A DNA stretch of 64,000 bases from Caulobacteraceae bacterium (GTDB lineage: Bacteria; Pseudomonadota; Alphaproteobacteria; Caulobacterales; Caulobacteraceae). The notes below the pieces were generated by a model. It was not told where the DNA came from. It did not search any database and saw only the letters and a list, made by a program, of their open reading frames with translations. The position numbers and the translations under genes are program-made. The stretch is taken from contig CBDIQV010000005.1 in NCBI GenBank assembly GCA_965284055.1, forward strand, positions 268,745 to 332,744. Direction: 5' to 3'. The first letter of the stretch is position 1. The number at the start of each line of letters is the position of its first letter. Positions 60,477-64,000 of this stretch are shown here, one piece after another.

Positions 60477-61075
60477 TCAGCTCCCCGCCTTCTCGTCGCC
60501 CGGCAGCGCGTAGGTCGCGCCTTCCCACGGCGAAAGGAAATCAAACTGGCGGAATTCGGCGATCTTCACCGGTTCGTAGACCACGCGCTTGAGCTCGTCG
60601 TCGTAGCGGACCTCGACATAGCCGGTCATCGGGAAGTCCTTCCGCAGCGGGTGGCCGTGGAAGCCGTAGTCGGTGAGGATGCGGCGCAGGTCCGGGTGGC
60701 CGTCTGAAGAAGATGCCGTACATGTCGAACGCTTCGCGCTCGAACCAGTTGGCCGCCGGGAATTCGCAGGGTGATCGTCGGAACCGGCGTATCCTCGTCC
60801 GTCGACACCTTCAGACGAAGGCGATGGTTCTTAACGAGCGACAGCAGGTGATAGACGACGTCGAAACGCGCGGCGCGCTCGGGATAGTCCACGCCCGTCA
60901 GGTCGATGAGCTGATGGAACCGGCAGGCCGCGTCGTCCCGCAGGAAGATCAGCGTGTCGCAGATCGTGGCCGAACGGGCGACGATAGTGAGTTCACCGAA
61001 GGCCACCGAGTGGCCCAGCACGCCAGGCGCGCGGGCGACGATGTCCTGGCCGAGAAGTTCGAGGGTTTCGCTCAT
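60477..61075 (-). pseudogene. nuoC: NADH-quinone oxidoreductase subunit C, two frame breaks (about 60770 and about 60700)
   Basis: [13 protein letters not shown]...[12 protein letters not shown] reads in the frame of ORF 60626..61678. [19 protein letters not shown] reads in the frame of ORF 60541..60723. The tail ...[35 protein letters not shown]...EKAGS reads in a third frame and stops at 60477-60479. Confidence 0.9.
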
Positions 61076-61657
61076 CGCTCGATCGTCCCCGTGCGACGGA
61101 TCTTCTTCTGCAGCTGCAGCAACGCCATAGACCAGCGCCTCGGCGGTCGGCGGACAGCCCGGGACATAGATGTCCACCGGCACGACCCGATCGCAGCCAC
61201 GCACGACGCTGTAGCTGTAATAGTAATAGCCGCCGCCATTGGCGCAGCTGCCCATCGAGATGACGTAGCGCGGCTCGGGCATCTGGTCGTAGACCTTGCG
61301 CAGAGCCGGAGCCATCTTGTTGGTCAGGGTGCCGGCGACGATCATCACGTCGCTCTGGCGCGGGCTGGCGCGGGGCGCGAAGCCGTAGCGCTCCAGGTCA
61401 TAACGCGGCATCGACGCCTGCATCATTTCCACGGCGCAGCAGGCCAGACCGAACGTCATCCACATCAACGAGCCGGTACGGGCCCAGGTGATGAGATCAT
61501 CGGCGGCGGCCGTGATGAAGCCCTTGTCAGCCAGTTGACCCGAGATGCCGTCGAAAAACGGATCGTGCAACTTGGGATCATAGCCCTGCACCGTCGAACG
61601 ACCGGCGGCGCCGGCGGGAACGAGGGGCGAGCTGTTGGCGGGAACGATCACTCCCAT
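61072..61657 (-). pseudogene. nuoB: NADH-quinone oxidoreductase subunit B, one frame break at about 61121 that fuses it in silico to nuoC
   Basis: MGVIVPAN...[10 protein letters not shown]...[10 protein letters not shown]...[14 protein letters not shown] is in ORF 60626..61678. Removing one base at AA 61121-61122 restores [21 protein letters not shown], which overlaps the nuoC ATG. Confidence 0.9.
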
Positions 61658-62025
61658 TCGAGGGCGCCCTTCTTCCATTCGTAGATGAAGCCGACGGTCA
61701 GGACGCCAAGGAACGTCATCATCGACCAGAAGGCGAACGCCGCGACGTCATGCGGAAGTTTCATCAGGCTGACCGCCCAGGGAAACAGGAACGCGACTTC
61801 CAGGTCGAAGATGATGAAGAGGATCGAGACCAGATAGAATCTGACGTCGAACTTCATGCGCGCATCGTCGAACGCGTTGAAGCCGCATTCGTACGCGGAC
61901 AGCTTTTCCGGGTCCGGCGCCCGGGGTGCAAGCACCGCCGCAGCCAGGAGGAAGGCGGTCCCGATCACCGTCGCAATCCCTAGAAAGATCACGATCGGCA
62001 GGTACTGGAGAAGGAAGGCGTTCAT
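61648..62025 (-). CDS. nuoA: NADH-quinone oxidoreductase subunit A
   Basis: Intact 125-aa three-TM ORF, the first gene of the operon. Confidence 0.9.
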   Translation of the reverse strand: MNAFLLQYLPIVIFLGIATVIGTAFLLAAAVLAPRAPDPEKLSAYECGFNAFDDARMKFDVRFYLVSILFIIFDLEVAFLFPWAVSLMKLPHDVAAFAFWSMMTFLGVLTVGFIYEWKKGALEWE

Positions 62026-62145
62026 GACAGCCCTTGGCTTGAATCGAGCGGGTTGTAGCCCAGTGTCGCCGACGCTTCAAACGCCTGCGACACATTGAGA
62101 AACGGTCGCAACTAGTCCTGATCCACAGGTTCGACGACATGGCCG

Positions 62146-62174
62146 TTGACACGAGTCCGCGACCGACATATCAG
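62146..62174 (+). promoter_or_regulatory. candidate sigma70-type promoter for the tRNA-Asp pair
   Basis: TTGACA (62146-62151) - 17 nt - TATCAG (62169-62174), about 50 nt upstream of the first tRNA. Confidence 0.3.
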
Positions 62175-62225
62175 ACGCCCCTCGCCGCAGGGCGGGTCGC
62201 ACTTTCGCTTCGGCGAAGGCCTAAT

Positions 62226-62302
<77 letters not shown>

Positions 62303-62365
62303 CCGTCCGGTGGTTTCCCCAAAAATTTCGGCTATACGGACGACTGTCGCGCCCTGGCGCTCGAC

Positions 62366-62442
<77 letters not shown>

Positions 62443-62554
62443 CCGTCCGGTGGTTTCCCCAAAAATTCAAGCTATAGCGTCGATACGCCGCCATAGACGC
62501 CTCATATCGGGTTGAAGCCTTGAGCTTGGCGCGGTGCGACACGATGTAGCGTCG

Positions 62555-63559
62555 ATGTCCAAAGCGTCCTCCCCCGTGTTTTCCGTTCTCGACCTCGCGC
62601 CCGTGCCCATGGGCTCCTCCGTCGGGGACGCGCTTCGCAACAGCCTCGACCTGGCGCGAAACGCCGAAAGCCTGGGCTTTCACCGCTACTGGTTGGCCGA
62701 ACATCACAACATGCCGGGAATCGCCAGCGCCGCCACGGCGGTGCTGATCGGTCATATCGCCGCCGGCACCGAAACGATTCGGGTCGGATCCGGCGGGATC
62801 ATGCTGCCAAATCATGCGCCGCTGATGGTCGCCGAGGCGTTCGGCACGCTCGCCGCGCTCCATCCTGGTCGCATCGATCTGGGTTTGGGACGCGCGCCAG
62901 GCACCGATCAGGCCACCATGAGGGCTCTTCGGCGCTACATGGGCGCGGTTGATTCGTTCGCTCAGGACGTCGTCGAGCTGCAGACTTGGTTCAAACCCGC
63001 CCAGCCGGGACAGTCCGTTCGAGCCATTCCGGGCGAAGGCCAGAATGTGCCCCTGTGGCTCCTGGGCTCCAGCACATACAGCGCCCAACTCGCCGCCGCC
63101 CTTGGATTGCCCTTCGCTTTCGCCGCCCACTTCGCGCCGGATCAATTGATGGACGCCGTGACCCTGTATCGGCGTCATTTCAAGCCGTCAGACGCCTTGG
63201 CCTCGCCGTATGTGATGGTCTGTGTTGGCGTGTGCGCGGCCGAAACCGACGCGGAGGCCAAGCGTCTGTCGTCCTCGACACAGCAACAGTTCCTGGCCCT
63301 GCGTCGTGGCCAACCGGGCCTGCTCCCGCCGCCCGTGGACGACATCACCCAGATTGCGTCCCCCGCCGAACTGGCCGGGCTGGACCATACCTTCCGCTAT
63401 TCAGCGATCGGCTCGCCCGAGACGGTAAAGCGCAAGATCGAAGCGGTGTTGGAACTGACCGGCGCTGACGAATTGATGGCCGCCTCGCAGATTCATGACC
63501 ATGGCGCACGCGTCCGCAGCTACGAGCTTCTCGCCGAAGTGAAAGCGCAGCTGATCTAG
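62555..63559 (+). CDS. LLM-class (luciferase-like) flavin-dependent oxidoreductase
   Basis: Lies in ORF 62534..63559, with the probable start M8. Typical [19 protein letters not shown] and [13 protein letters not shown] motifs are present. Confidence 0.8.
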   Translation: MSKASSPVFSVLDLAPVPMGSSVGDALRNSLDLARNAESLGFHRYWLAEHHNMPGIASAATAVLIGHIAAGTETIRVGSGGIMLPNHAPLMVAEAFGTLAALHPGRIDLGLGRAPGTDQATMRALRRYMGAVDSFAQDVVELQTWFKPAQPGQSVRAIPGEGQNVPLWLLGSSTYSAQLAAALGLPFAFAAHFAPDQLMDAVTLYRRHFKPSDALASPYVMVCVGVCAAETDAEAKRLSSSTQQQFLALRRGQPGLLPPPVDDITQIASPAELAGLDHTFRYSAIGSPETVKRKIEAVLELTGADELMAASQIHDHGARVRSYELLAEVKAQLI

Positions 63560-64000
63560 TGCGGCGAGCGCAGGGGCATGGGTCCCATGAACCCCGGATG
63601 GCCCGTCAGCCCGCCGTAGATCGCGCACAGTGTCCCGAAGACCGCGTCCCAGCCGTGTCGATCTTCGGCGCGCTGCCTCGCGGCCTGTCCCAGGTCTGAA
63701 GCCCCGCGCTGAAACACGTCCTCAATCGCTTCGGCCATGGCGCGCGCTTCCGAGGCCGTGGCCAGCGCGCCAACGGCGGAATCCACCGATTCGGCCACGC
63801 CACCTGCCGCCACGCCGATCACCGGGAGGCCGCAGGCCATGGCCTCCAGCACCACGAGTCCGAAGGGTTCATTGTCGTTGGCGTGCACGAACGCGTCGCA
63901 ACTGGCCAGGATCCGGGCCAGGGCGGCCGGATCGCGCTGATAGTCCATGCAGATGACCCGATCGCTGACAGGCGCTCCGGATCCGGCCCCAACCAACAGC
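63556..64000 (-). CDS. glycosyltransferase family 4/GT1-like, C-terminal part only (gene continues beyond the window)
   Basis: The ORF is open to the window end. It carries the [18 protein letters not shown] motif typical of GT-B retaining glycosyltransferases. Confidence 0.7.
   Translation of the reverse strand, partial: LLVGAGSGAPVSDRVICMDYQRDPAALARILASCDAFVHANDNEPFGLVVLEAMACGLPVIGVAAGGVAESVDSAVGALATASEARAMAEAIEDVFQRGASDLGQAARQRAEDRHGWDAVFGTLCAIYGGLTGHPGFMGPMPLRSPH

Overview
This is a 64-kb, roughly 67% GC chromosomal core segment of an alphaproteobacterium. Gene order looks Caulobacterales-like, inferred from synteny and from LpxI, a PopA-like effector and an MmpA/RseP-type protease. Contents in order:
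- rRNA-modification genes, a CoA-transferase, a PopA-like degenerate-GGDEF protein and comEC.
- gltX-gltA, an orphan FlhB-C-terminal/FliK-like pair and a hybrid histidine kinase.
- A long co-directional minus-strand block: dnaE, rpsB-tsf-pyrH-frr-uppS-cdsA-dxr-rseP-bamA-skp-lpxD-fabZ-lpxA-lpxI-lpxB.
- lolDE, proS, mce, rnj-coaX-birA, a complete nuoA-N operon, and two tandem tRNA-Asp genes.

I found no transposase, integrase, phage, CRISPR, toxin-antitoxin or recognisable defence genes, so I do not claim a novel multi-gene system here.

The most striking property is about 55-60 single-base frame breaks in about 19 conserved, mostly essential genes (dnaE, rpsB, tsf, pyrH, proS, dxr, bamA, nuoL and others). 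The breaks cluster in hot zones and, where I resolved them, often sit in short mononucleotide runs. I read them as uncorrected assembly indels rather than biology.

Unexplained items worth a second look:
- A 1-kb ORF-free, hairpin-dense region at 4.03-5.05 kb, which includes a 100-bp REP/MITE-like palindrome.
- A roughly 200-nt structured, terminator-capped stretch upstream of proS.
- Four small unidentified reading frames translationally coupled inside the nuo operon.
- A His/Asp-rich insertion in NuoL.
- The FlhB-CTD/FliK-like pair next to gltA.
- A 29-codon ORF with a strong Shine-Dalgarno (SD) sequence in front of dnaE.

The many long antisense ORFs in the track are high-GC artefacts.
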